A program made the position numbers and the translations under genes. The notes beneath the pieces were generated by a model, which was not told the DNA's origin, did not search any database, and worked only from the letters and a program-made list of their open reading frames with translations. Positions 27,061 through 40,019 of a stretch of DNA of 64,000 nucleotides are shown here, piece by piece. Numbering within the stretch: the stretch's first letter is position 1; every line of letters begins with the position of its first letter. The stretch is from Carcharhinus amblyrhynchos (Eukaryota), in assembly GCA_965287045.1 (NCBI GenBank), contig OZ336873.1:26040001-26104000 (forward strand), in the 5' to 3' direction.

Positions 27061-28799
27061 AAGGCGAGGTTATTTCAATGGTTGGCACATGACAAACAGG
27101 AGTAAGAAATACAGCAGTATAAATTTATCTCAGTACTAATATTTTAATCAATTGGTATTAGGATGTGGTGTGCTCCTGCTATTCTTTGTGCAATGAGTTC
27201 CTGACATTGACTGTGCTTCAGCCAATGCAAATGAGGCCGTGTGTTTTACAGTACCACTCCTATGCACCTTCAGCTAAAGGTGGCTCAGACAAACATCCAT
27301 TTTCAGAGCTAAGGAAGGCTAGGAGAGGATTGATGAATAGCTCCCTTAAGTGCAATGATATTGTAATATGATGAAAGACAAAACCAGTTGGAAAAATCAT
27401 TCTGGCACAAAACTGAGCCAAAGACGGGAATTAGAAATACAAACTTTAAAAACTCAGTTAAGCCACGATATTACATGCCAACCACCAAAGAACAAAGACT
27501 TGCAATACATGTAATTCAGGCTGAACTACTCTCATCCTGGTGCCAAAAATTGGTAAATTATTTAATGATTTCACAATTATTATAATTTTTGCACTGCCCC
27601 ATGAAATCTTCCAACTTCAGTATTTTAATACTTAACTCGTCTAAACTATTCTAGTTTAATCACTTCTGCTACAGCAAAATGTAAGCACACTCTGCCAGGA
27701 CTCAAAGCACAAACTATCCAGCCAAGTATGCAGACAAGAGTTCCATGATAAGCATCCTGATAACAGATAGAAAATAGCAGCATATTCGAACTTTCCCACA
27801 ATCCAGAAATCTTGAGACAAGGCAACTGGCCTATCAGTCCACTAACCCCCTCTGAAAGCTTCCAGCCGCTCCCCAGCTCCCTTCCTGAACTTGACCATGA
27901 AAGAGCAAAAGGGAGTGATTGTGATGGAATGAACTTGCCACAAAACAGGTCCCCCCACAATTCACTGAACTTGATATAAAACAGATAATCTCTTTGTCCT
28001 TCAGACTGTTATCTAGTCTGTGACCCTGAATTCATCTTCAAAACTGAAGGAAAAATAACATACTGCAGATGTTTTTTATTAGTTGAAAAGCTCCTGAAAC
28101 CACAATGTTTCATGGCACAAAGTCAGATCCATTACTAAGGGAGGTTGGGCTGTCACACGTATTTCTATAGCCAAATTATTTTAACAAAGAGCAACTTTTT
28201 TTGTTGAAAAATGACAGTAAAATTCACCACTTGGAAAGGAAGTCGTATCCTGTGACATCAGGACTAAGTGTGCAATGTGAATGAAAATCTAAAGATTATT
28301 AAAGCTCAACAAAGCATCACATGCATTTCAGGTTCAGCTGGTTTACTATCAAGTGCTAGAAAATCACTATCTAAATTTAAAAAAAAAACAGGTCTTCAGT
28401 TATAAACTGATTGACTCGGGGCTGATTATTGTTTGCTTTTGAGGGTTGAATTAAAATAAGGTTGGAAATTCAAGCCCCCGAAAAAAAAATATACAAGACC
28501 ACATTAAGAATTTTCAGCAGAAGGACAAAGCTATAGTCAGTCATCTATTGTGCAAAATTAACATCCTAGGTAAAATATCAAGTGTACTAAAAGAAAACTG
28601 CATCTCACACAGACAAACGCATGTCTGAATAACTTGCTCTCCAATCTAATCCTCTATCCAGTGTTTTGCACCATGTCCAGCTTTGCGAAGAAAAAAAACC
28701 TTCACGTCACATTTAAAGTGTTGGCTTTGTTCTATTAACTATGACAACTCATTTCTGTAGTAAAAGATCCCATTAACGAGGGTGACCAAAACTGAAAAG

Positions 28800-29700
28800 G
28801 TAGTTTGAGACAGAGAGAGAGAGAGAGAGAAAGAGCAGAGTGTAAGCAGAGGCACAAGGTTGCAGGCAGTCTCAAAAGGAAGATTGAATGAGGGATTTGT
28901 AAACGAGAATGAGGATTTTAACTCAAGCTAATGTTAGTGGAAGGAGGCAGAGTTGAGGATGGGCGAGACATGAGGATTGAATTCAGCTCAAGGTTGAAGT
29001 AATACACATGTTGTTTCTCACAGTTAGAGTATCTAAGATGGGGGATGGGATCATGTGCTAAGGCAGAGTTTCTGAAGAGGCCAAACAGGATGCTGCCGTG
29101 CTAGTGCTGTGTTGCTTAAAGTCCATGACCTGATGTCAAGTAAACAGTCAGACAGCACAATTTTAGCAACTGATCCAAGTACAGAGGGGTGAGGAGATAA
29201 ACTTGGATATCTGAAGCATACAAATAAAATTGAGTCATCCCAATAGAAGATATCGTCAAGGGACAAACAAATGTAGATATTCCAAGTTACTGTGCATACA
29301 TTGGAGAAACCATTGCAGGATCTATGCTGATGGCATAGACATGGGTACTAACACCAGAGCAGAAACACAGAATGGACCACAAATAAGATGCAATGGTGTA
29401 AAACATTGCAGTTAACTATATGGAAGTCCACTTACGGTTGGAGAGAAGATATAGTGCACCATGGTTATAAATATCTTCACTGAATTACCTCAGGGCTATG
29501 TACAGATTGGAAGTCAGACTGAAGAAAGCAAATAAAGAAGATGGCATGAAATATTGCTGACCCATAGTGATAATGGAAGATCACAGATGTGGTGGAATCT
29601 GGACAGGGCAGAATACTAAGGATAAGCTTTTAAAGGATGTAGCAATTGCAGCCATTTTGAAAGTGGGGTAAAAAAAATCCTCAAGGAGTGTGAGCAAATA
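28800..29700 (-). mobile_element. Highly decayed L2-like LINE
   Basis: Minus remnant SDCLLDIRSW, typical of L2 ORF2. Confidence 0.5.
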
Positions 29701-30736
29701 TCAACGTTGACAAGCTTAGGTAATTTGGAGCAGTCAGAAAAGTGCCCCAAGGGAGCCTTTGGTAGTTATTTAAGGATATCAAGAGAAATTTGCATTTAAA
29801 TTACACTTTTCATGTCCTCAGGATGTCCAAGTGTCTCACAGCCAACAAATAAATTTTGAAGTGCAATCACAATAAGTTTATGCAGATAAAAGTGACAGCC
29901 AATCTGCAGACAGCAGAATCCCACAAGCCGCAATGAGGTAAGTGGCCAGGCAATGTGTTTTGATGGAGTTGACTGAGTCATAGAACAGTTACAGCACAGA
30001 AGGAGATTATTTAGCCCATCTTGTCTGTACTGGCTCTCTGAAGGCACAATTCACTTAGTGCCATTTTCCCAGTTTCAGCGGCAGCCCCAACATTCTTCCT
30101 CATTAGATAATGATCCAATTCCTTTTTGAATTCCTCCATTGAACCTGCCTCCACAGCATTCCTGGGCAGCGCATTCCAGATCCTAACCACTCACTGCTTG
30201 AAAATGTTTTTCCTCATGTTGCCATTGCTGTTTTTGCCAATTACTTTAAGTCTGTGCCCTGTCATTTTCAATCCTTTCATGAGTGGGAACAATTTCTCCC
30301 TATCTACTCTGTCCCCTCTTTCAAATCTCCTCGCATTTTTGTTTCCTCCAAGTAAAACTGTCCCAGCCTCTCCAATATGCCCGTATGAATGAATTTCTTC
30401 ATCCCTGGAACTATTCTCAGAATCATTTCTGCATTTTCTTACATCCTTCTGAAAGTACAGCATCCAGAACTGATCGCAATACTCCAGCTGAGACCAAACT
30501 AGTATTTTATAGGAGTTCAACATAATTTCTTTGCTTTTGCACTTTATGCCCCTATTAACTGAGCCTCAGGTGCTCTCTGCTTTGTTAACCATGTTCTCAA
30601 CCTGTCCTGCAGCTTTCAATGAATTTCACACATACACCTAAGTCTCTCTGTCCTGCACCCACTTTAGAATTGTGCCCTTTAATTTATATTGTTTCTTTGC
30701 ATCCATTCTAAAAACACTAATCACTTTACATTTCAC

Positions 30737-31021
30737 AGAAGTGTAGAAGGAAGCCATCTGGCCCATCAAGCTGCACCAACAACAGTCCCAATCAGGGCCT
30801 ATCCCTGTAACCCCAAGTATTACCCTACTAATCCCCCTGACATTAAGGGGCAATTCACCATGGCCAATCAACCTAACCCACACATCTTTGGTGTGTGGAA
30901 AGAAATCAGAGCACCCAGAGAAAACCCACACAGATATGGGAAGGATGTGCAAACTGCACAGACAGTTACCTGAGGAATTGAACCTAGGTCCCTGCCGATG
31001 TGAGGCAGCAGTGCTAACCAC
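30737..31021 (-). mobile_element. HE1-type V-SINE (CR1-like tail B) nested in CR1
   Basis: GTGGTTAGCACTGCTGCCTCAC head, V-domain, tail GCAGCTTGATGGGCCAGATGGCTTCCTTCTACAC. Confidence 0.85.
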
Positions 31022-31187
31022 ATCTGCCACTTGTCCACAAATTCCATGAACCTATTTAGGTCCTTTTGAAGTTTGATACCATCGTCTTCATAGTTCAAGT
31101 TTCCTCCCGTGTTCCAAACATGTGTGGGTTAGGTTGATTGGCCATGGTGAATTGCCCCTTAAGACCAGAGGGATTAGCAAAGTAATG

Positions 31188-31280
31188 CTTGTTCCAAATA
31201 AACCTGTTGGACTTTAACCTGGTGTTGTGAGACTTCTTACTATGCCCACCCCAGGCCAATGCTGGATTTCCACATCACCA
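31188..31280. mobile_element. Short repeat fragment (Penelope-like terminus) nested in CR1
   Basis: TGTTCCAAATAAACCTGTTGGACTTTAACCTGGTGTTGTGAGACTTCTTACT. A partial inverted copy lies at ~2131-2156. Confidence 0.5.
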
Positions 31281-34200
31281 ATACTTAGAAGTTTTATATC
31301 ATCCACAAAGTCTGAAATTGCACCGCATATAACAAGGTCTAGATCATTAATATATATCAGCAAGAGCAGTTGTCACCCATCCCTGGGGAACTACTACAAA
31401 CCTTCCTCCTGTCTGAAAAACATCCTATTCTGTTATTCAGCTAATTCTGTATCTCCAGTGTAATTGTCCTTTTTATTTCAGGATCTCTAATCTTAGAAGT
31501 TTGTTGTGTGGCACTTCATCAAATGCTTTTTGGAAGTCCACGTTACCTCATCAAAAGATTAAATTATGTTAGTTAAACATGACTTGCCCATAACAAGTCC
31601 ATGCTGACCTTTGTTAACTAACCTGCATTTGTTCAACTGACTTAACTTTCCTGAATTATCATTTCTAGAAGTTTCCAGATCACTGAGGGTAAGCTAACTG
31701 GCTTGTCGTTGCTGGGCGTGACTTTATACCCTTTTTTGAATAAGGATGAAACAGCAGCACCATCCCAGGCCAAGGAAGATTGGAAAGCTATGGCCAACAC
31801 CTTCACCATTTTCGTTCTCATGTCCCACAGCATCCTTGGATGAATCTCATCTGGTCCTGGTGTCTGATCAACTTTAAATACAGACAGCCTAGCCAATACC
31901 TTCTCCTTACCAATTCTAAAGCCTTCAGTGCCTGAACTACCAACTCTTTCACCATGGCCTGGGAGACATCTTGTTCCTCAGTTAAATCAGATGCAAATTA
32001 TTCATTCAACACCTTAGCCATGGCTCCTTGCTTCCATGCATAACTCCCCTTTTGGTCACTAACTGGGCCCATTCCTCCTTTCACCACCATTTTACATTTA
32101 ATTGGCTACAGAAGAATGTGGGATTCCCTTATGTTAGCTGCCAGTCACTTTTCATACCCTCTCTTGGCTTATTTTATTTGCTTTTTCAATTCCCCTCTGA
32201 ACTTACGTTCACCCTGGTTCTCAGTTGTATTATCCACCCCAACATTTGTCATAAACACATTTTTTTTTCCTTTATCTTAATTCCTATCTCTTTTGCCATC
32301 CAGGAAGCTCTGGATTTATTTGTCCTACATTTGTCCTTTAGGGAATATACTTTGATTGTGCTCAAACTCTCTCTCCTATAAAGTTACCCATTGTTCAGTT
32401 GCAAATCTTGCCTGACAACCTTTGATTCCAACTTATCTGAGTCAAATTCATTCTTACACCACTGAAGTTGGCTTCCCCACTGTTAATATTCTTACTCTGG
32501 ATTGTTCCTTGTCCTTTCCTGTAATAATCCTGAACCTCATGATAAATTATTATCATCACCTAAAGGTTCTCCAAGTAATATCTGACCCATTTAGCCTGCT
32601 TCATTCTCAAGAACCAGGTCTTGCCGTGCCTTCTTTCTCATTGGACAGGAAACATGCTACTGTAGAAGACTCACCTGAACACACTCTAGGAATGCTTGTC
32701 CCCTCTGCCCTTTACACACTACTATGCTATCTCAGTCTACATTTGGATAACTATAGTATATAATTCTTGTATCTCTCTGTAAATTTGTTCCTCTAACCTT
32801 CCCCGCTATTCGGCAGTCTATGGTCTACATAGGACAATGTAATTACAACTTTTCTGCTTCGCTCACACTAAATAGATTCGTCCTTAACCTCTCTGGGACA
32901 GTCTCTCACTGCAATGTTCTCCTTAATCTGTTGCCTTCTCTCCATTTCCTACTTCTCCTGAACAACTTGTATCCAGGAACATGTAACACCAGGTCCTGTT
33001 CTTTTGAGAGTCTGGTCTCTGTTAAAGCTACAGCATCATACTTTCACATAGCTATCTGCACCTCACCAATCTTATTTAATACACACTGCTCATTCACATC
33101 TACAGACTGCAACCCTTATCTAGAAATGATTACTTTCCCATTACTCTAAACTGACCTAATGAAGTACCACTGGCTAAACTAATGCTATCTGTCTCCTGTA
33201 CCGTGTGCATCTTGGTATTCTTTTCTAATGTTACCTCCTGATTCCCACAAACCTAATAAGTTAACGTAAATCCTCCTCAAAGCACTGGCAAATTGCCTCA
33301 CCAAGAAATTGGTCCTGTCTCCGTTTAGGTGCAACCCATCCAGTTTATACAGGCTCCATTCCTCCCAATGTCCTAGGAATCTAAAGACGTCTCCTTTGCA
33401 CCATCTTTCATGTCACACATTCAACAGCTTATAACTTTTGAGATCCTGCTTGCCAAATTTCCATTTAGCTCTCCTGGCTCCAGGACCACATTCCATCTTT
33501 TCATCAATGTCACTGGTACTAATGTGGACCAAAACTATTGGCTGTTCACCCTCCCACCTTTGGTGCTTTGCAGTCATTCATTACATCATTGATCCTGGCA
33601 TCCGGGAGGCAACACAACATTCTTGATTCATGCCTATAGCCATAGAAACGCCCATCTATTCCCCTAAATATTGCAGCTCCTTTCAATATTACTCTTCCAA
33701 ACTTCTTTGCATCCTCTTGTACAACAGAGGACTTGGCTCCAGCTGTGCTCCCCAGATGGACTTCCATCAACATTCAAAACTGAATACCAGTTGGAGTGTG
33801 AGGTGCATTCAGGGGTCTCCTGCACTACCTGCCAGTTTCCTCTAGACTGTCTGGTGGCCACCCTCTCCCTGCATATTCTTAAGCCACAAAGTGACCACAT
33901 TCATTAGCGTGCTAACCTTCAATCTCAAGGATAAACTACAGTAACACCAGTTGCTGCTCATGTGCTGAAACTTGGAGTTTAAGGTGCTGCAACTAACAGT
34001 ACTTCCTACATATGTTTACGCAGGGCACAAGCAGCACCTGGGGAGTTCCCACACTATGCAGGATTGAGGTATTAATGCTGGCCAGGGCACATGGTAACCT
34101 CCTTAGTGCTTCTTCAAATAATGTCATGGAATGTTTTACATGTACTTCAACAGGCAGATGGATTCCAAGTAAAAATGTTATTTAAAGGGTGGCACTTCTG

Positions 34201-34579
34201 GCCACGCAACAATTCCTTTGAAGTGTAAACCAATATTTATTTGGTCAAATACTGAACTAGGGTTGGAGTAGGGCTCAAGGGCAAGAGTGCTATCACTTCA
34301 GTGTGCTGAAGACTTCAGAGGAATTACAGGAAAATGTAGAATATTGTGCACCAGAATCAGGGCAAAGTGACCTGTGAATAGTTGGGAAAGTATGAGACAG
34401 CAAAATGGATATTCTTAACTTTAAAAGCAATTAAATCTCAGTGTTCTTCTCAATGGGTAGATGCGAGGACCAACAGGACAAGAAACAGAACAAAAACGGA
34501 GATATTTAGTTGTGAAAATCCTTGGCATTTCTAAAGGCGATCCTGCCGTAATCTAATCCCAATCTAATCTAAGTTTTTA

Positions 34580-36900
34580 CAAAATGCTGCATCTAGATCA
34601 TAATTTTCAACTGAGGTGAAGCATTCCATGTTCTACTAACCCTGTGTGGAGAATAATTCTTCCAACTTCCCCATTCATTTTTCCGATAATCCCAGGCTCA
34701 GGCCTCTTTATGACTGATGCACCAGTCAAAGGAATTATCTTTCACTTTTCACCATCTCAAAACATAACACTACTGTCAGACTGATCAAAGAAAAGTGCTT
34801 CAAGCCTTTCTTCTTAATGTTTACCTCTCACCCCGGTAACACATTAGTAACTCTTCACTCCTTTCATTTGCTCCACTTTTTCCTGGAATGCAGTGCCTTG
34901 AGCAGCCTGAAATACCCCAAATAGGGCCTATAATTGGATAAATTCAACATCACCACCTTGTTTTTGTATTTAATGCCGCTATATATAAAAATCCTCAATC
35001 CCACATGTTTTGTTTTTTTTCCTCTACCGGCACTCCCACTTCTAAAAAGAATCTAAATACCTACACCCATAGATCTGTCAATTCTTCAGTCCCCAACCAT
35101 TTAAGATAAAACTCTTGTACTGTTCTTACTCCTGAAATATATTTCACGTTTCACATGTATGGCAGCCACCCATCTCCTTATTTAGCTAAGCCATGCATAT
35201 CATCATGCACTCTCATCGGTTTGCCAGACTCCCAAATTTTATTATTCCACTGTACTTCTACTCAAACATTTTCTATTAAATGGAAATCAAAGCATATTCA
35301 TTAAGAAACAAAATAGAAGTCAGGAATTTGGTGGAATATTCTCTCTACTTGCCATGAGTGCAGATTCAAAACATCCTGGAAGCTTGACACCACCCAAGGC
35401 AAAGTACTTGATTCATCCCATCCGCCAGCTTAAACATTCATTCCCTTGATCACCAGTGCCAAGTGGCAGCAGTGTGTACCATCTACAAGATATAGTGCTA
35501 CATCGCACCAACGCTCCTTCCACAATTCTTTCTAAACCATCAACCTTTACCACCTAGAAAGACGAGAGCAGCAAATGCATGGAATACTACCAAATGCAAG
35601 TTCCCCATAAAGCTACAACCATCTTAGAACTATACTGCCGTTCCTTCACTGTCACTGGGTAAAACCCTGAAGCTCCTGTCCTAAAAGCAATGTGTTTGTA
35701 CAGATGGGCTGCAGTGGCTCAAGGCAGCAGATCACCAACATCTTCCCGAGCACAAGTAGGGATGGGCAATAGATACCTGTCTTCCAAGTCACACTCACAT
35801 CCCGTGAACAAATTTAAAAGATCATCATACTCCATTCACCTATACTGATTACTTTGACATTGTAAATCAAATTAGTCAAGCAGGTCTTTACTGAGAAAAG
35901 ACAAAGTGGTCTATAGCTTACTGCATTAACCACTTCCCTTTTCCTGAACAGAGATGTAAATAATGTCCATCCTCCAGCACATTTTCCCAAAAATGGAAAT
36001 TGTGCCAATGTGCAGGAATTTATTTCAATCAAGTCTGGCAATGTTGCTTCTTTTAGTTCCACTAACTTTGTTTTCAAATACTGCAGTTTTCTTTTCACAT
36101 TTTTTCTCCACTAATGGCACCTCACTATCCTCCTCAGGGCTCCCTACACAGTCACAATTTCTTCATTTTCCTCTACAACAGCATAGTCAAAATATTTATT
36201 AAACATTACCACCATTTATTTACTCTCAAGTACAAAGTAATCTTCATCTTTCAGTGGCCTCATCTATTTTTTTTTTGAGTGCCCTTTTATTTCTTATATA
36301 TAACGTATGGCTGACCAACATTACACATCTCCCTTTCGAACTCCTATCTTTTTATTTATATCTTATATTTTCATCTGTAATTTTTGCTCTAACCTATTTA
36401 TTCTTGGAGACTCAGCCTTTGAGAATCAGAATACATTTAACCTGCTCCTCATTCATCTACTGCTAAAATATCTGTTGACTCACTATTTGAGCTTCCAATG
36501 TTGTTCCAGCCAATTGATCAGGCTAAGTTTCTTTTCAGACCACTCCTTTCAGCCCAAAGTCTTTATCTTTAGTCCTCTGTCTGTTATTACGTGAACCTAA
36601 TTAAGTTATCACTACTATGTCTGAAGTGAGCTTCAACATTCAAATCATTCACTTGTCCTGCTTTATTTCCTGGAACCTCTCTTTAATGCAATACACTGAT
36701 TAAAAATCAAGCCTGGGTACACCCCAAAATTCTTTTCATTTGTCATCTACTTTAGGACAATTAAATCCATCCATTGTTATAATGTTTTTACCACTTCAAA
36801 CCTCTCTGAATTATCTATATATTTAACCTTACTTTATTTTCCACCATTTGGTGATCATGACTGTACTCCCAATATGATAACAGATCCCTTATTTCTTAAA
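34580..36900 (-). mobile_element. Highly decayed CR1 interrupted by a plus-strand LINE 3' end (35370-35815)
   Basis: Minus remnant SLFRKREVVNAVSYRPLCL...KTCLTNLI. Confidence 0.6.
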
Positions 36901-38439
36901 TTAAAACCAGAAAGTGCATGAAACAGTCAACAGATCAGCATCTGTAGAGTGAGAAAGGTAGGGTTAACATGTCAGATTCGAGATGTTTTGTCAGAACCCT
37001 GGGATGTTACAGATGAACAGCTTATAAGGAAGAAGGTGATGGGGAAAAATGTCTGATGAGGTCAAGGCCTGGAATTGATTAAGTGGCAGAAATAGTGCCA
37101 TAGGTGTAAGTGAAGAAGACAATAATAGAAGAAATAAATGATGCAGCCAAGGTTCAGAGGATCTGTAAACGGTTGCAGTTGAATAGCACACAAGGAAAGT
37201 ACAATAAAGCTGGCAATGCAGAGAAGGCGCCAATGACTCAGACGTATGATTGACAAACAAGGCAGGTGGCATTAGGGGAGCAGACCACCCAGTTGCTATT
37301 CTAACAACCCAACTCAAGCACCAGGTCACAAATTCCCTCTCCTACTTTTATTTTTAAAAATTGCTCCACTTTTGTCTTATGCACTTGTCACATTCTTTCT
37401 CAGATCTTCTCCCCAGTGAAGCAATTTTATCATGACCAATGGACCCAGCAGCAACATTGAATTCCTATCGACTGCTGCTGTCAGCTTCACTCCTCCAACA
37501 CTGATATTTTAATGATAACTCCTCATTCTGAATGTCAGCTTCAGTCCAAGCTCCTGCTGCTGATTTATAACTGGAGAGGGTCCAGCAGGATAGATAAAGG
37601 GAAAGAGGCAGCAATGAAGGTTAGAACTGAGGTCCTATGAGAGTTTTCATTGAAATATCACCATGCTGGCAGTGTGCTACAGCCATTGGTTGGAACATAT
37701 TAACTTAAAGGAGAACAAAAGGAAAATGTATTTAAGGATGGCAGCCTACCTGAGAAGATGGTCGGCCACATTTAACATGTCATTTTTTTCAGCTGTTGAA
37801 TAGTATTTTGAAATTTCCATTTACCAGATTATAGTTGACAAATTGTATATATATACACACACATAAACAAAACACTTTCCATATGGGCTGTGATAACAAC
37901 ATAAAATTCTCAGCAACTGTACACAAATTAGCACATTCAATGAGGCCTTAATAAAAGGCTACCAAATGAAGTAGAAATCTCCGAGCTTCAGTGAGGGGTT
38001 CCATGTAGTCCATCCATCTTGGCCCTCAATGTGAATCATGAGATGTTTGAAAATTCATCCATAACGCTTGGTAAATTAACTTCTAAATATCAGATATCTT
38101 CAAACTACATCTGCCCATTACAATAAAGAATGCTAGTCTACTGAACCTAATGGAACCACTAATAAGACTCATGGATGATGTTTGCTAAGTTACTCTGTGG
38201 CATGTTAATTAATGTTAGAAACCTAATTTCTTTTACTGGAAAGGAAACTATTACAAAAGCAGTCTGAATAGATGAGAAGATTACTTTACACATTAAAACA
38301 CTCTTCATACGCTCGCCACAGTTTCAAGTATTTCACAGTTTCTAATTTTTTGATGATCAAAGCTTCAATTCCAGCAATTTTCACTCTGCTCATCAGAGGC
38401 AATTTTTTGCTATTCCTCACGCTTGCAAGAATAAAATAA

Positions 38440-38985
38440 ATTGTTGGTTAGGACACAGATAGAGTAGTGTGTGTAGTTCTGGAGTCTACATATAGGAGCG
38501 ATCTGATAGCATTGGAAAGGATGTAGAGGAGATTTATCAGGGTTTTGTCTGGGCTGGAAAGTTTTAGTTATGATGTGAGATTTTACAGATTGGGGTTGTT
38601 TCCCTTAAAGTAGACGGTGGGGGGGCGGGGGGGGGGGCATAATTAAGATGTATAACAGACAGGAAGAAATTTTTCCCCTTAGGTGGAGAGATCAAGGACC
38701 AGGGGGCATACGTTAAAGGTAAAAGGGCAGAAGGTTGAAAGGGGATGTGAGGAAAACCTTTTATCACCCAAACGGTGGTGGGAGTCTGGGACTCTCTGCC
38801 TGACAAAGTGGTGGAAACAGAAACCTTCATAGCCTTTAAGAAATATGTAGATGTGCATTTGCTATGCCAAGGCATGCAAGGCTATGGGCCAAGTGGTGGA
38901 AAATGGGATTGGAATAGTTTTTGATTAGTGCAGGCACGATGGGCCAAAGGGCCTTTTCTGCATTGTAGACCTCCATCAGTTTAAA
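38440..38985 (+). mobile_element. CR1 3' fragment
   Basis: FWSLHIGA...RTRGHTLKVKGQKV..DVRKTFITQTVVGVWDSLPDKVVE, then the 3' tail GATGGGCCAAAGGGCC. Confidence 0.85.
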
Positions 38986-39584
38986 TCAGAAATGTGAACT
39001 TTAAAAAAATTATTTTAAAAAATTTTAAAGGCAATAAGGTGATGCAAATAAACAAGTTCCAATTTTCTCCAACAAGCAAATTCAAGCAGATTCCAATTTG
39101 GTCTTCAGTGAAAACACCATTTCCGGTGTGTCAACATTCCTGTCATAGTACAATTTATTCAACTTTTTATTTTAAATATATGTTATAAGCACAATGAAAT
39201 AAGCACAGTTCTTCACATTATCCTTTTGGTGCTAGTGTAAAGCACATCATTTATTGTGCATTGGTATAAGCACACAAACAGAAAACTGCTAGGTCATCAA
39301 GGTGGCCAAGCTTCCAATTCCTCTGGGTAGCTACTGAGCAAAATCCTGTGCTGTTATACCAAATGTAGTGTGTACATTCAAATCCACAAACCTGAATAAT
39401 ACATGTATAAGCACAAAAGTACAAACTGACGTTAAGGAAACTAAAAATAACTTTCACTACAGCTCATTTTTACATAATCTGGCAACAAACCCTGCTGACA
39501 AAAATCCCATAACGGGTTTCACCAAAAATCTGGTTGCACTTAATCACTTACACGGAAGACTGAAACCCAAATATATCCAATTGC

Positions 39585-39810
39585 TAAGTGACAGCCACAA
39601 GGTTCCAGGTTAAGTCCCATTATAGTGCTTGAGGGTCAAAAATCTATGCTGACAGTCCAGTGCAGTACCAAGACCCCATCTGCCTATGTGTGTGGATGCA
39701 AAAGAGCCCACATTGCTATTTGAAGAAGAGAGCAGGAGCTCAAACTGCTCATAATGTCTGCAGAATTTCCTACATTACAACTATTCTTCAAAAGTACTTC
39801 ATTGGCTGTA
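39585..39810 (+). mobile_element. SacSINE1/Deu-SINE-like fragment
   Basis: GCTGACAGTCCAGTGCAGTAC...CCCCATCTGCC...TATTTGAAGAAGAGAGCAGG...TTTCCTACATTACAAC...CTTCAAAAGTACTTCATTGGCTGTA. Confidence 0.7.
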
Positions 39811-40019
39811 CAGTACTTAAAAAATTGTATTTACACAAGTTATTCTCAGCATGGAAGTTTGGGCAAAAAGAAATCCAAATCATCACAGCTGGATTTAAAT
39901 TTCTATGGTATTAATAATGAACCAAATATCTTTGCAAACTATCAAACCATCTGTGCAAAGTTTATACTGTACACACAATCAATAACACCGAAAAATGAGA
40001 GGCAAAGGTAAGATAACAA

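Larger units (their letters stand above)
29978..34061 (-). mobile_element. Long decayed CR1 LINE including an ORF1 esterase remnant
   Basis: 3' tail at 29978. ORF2 remnants LVWSQLEYCDQFW and TPGPDEIHPRML...NDKPVSLPSV; ORF1 SGNH-esterase-like IFRGIDGRFYGYRHESRMLCCLPDARINDV (33546-33773). Internally deleted. Confidence 0.88.
29785..34310 (-). mobile_element. SacSINE1/Deu-SINE split in two (29785-29977 and 34062-34310) by a CR1 insertion
   Basis: The 3' and 5' halves are collinear when the CR1 is removed. Imperfect duplication GACTGAG/GATTGAG at the junctions. Confidence 0.7.
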
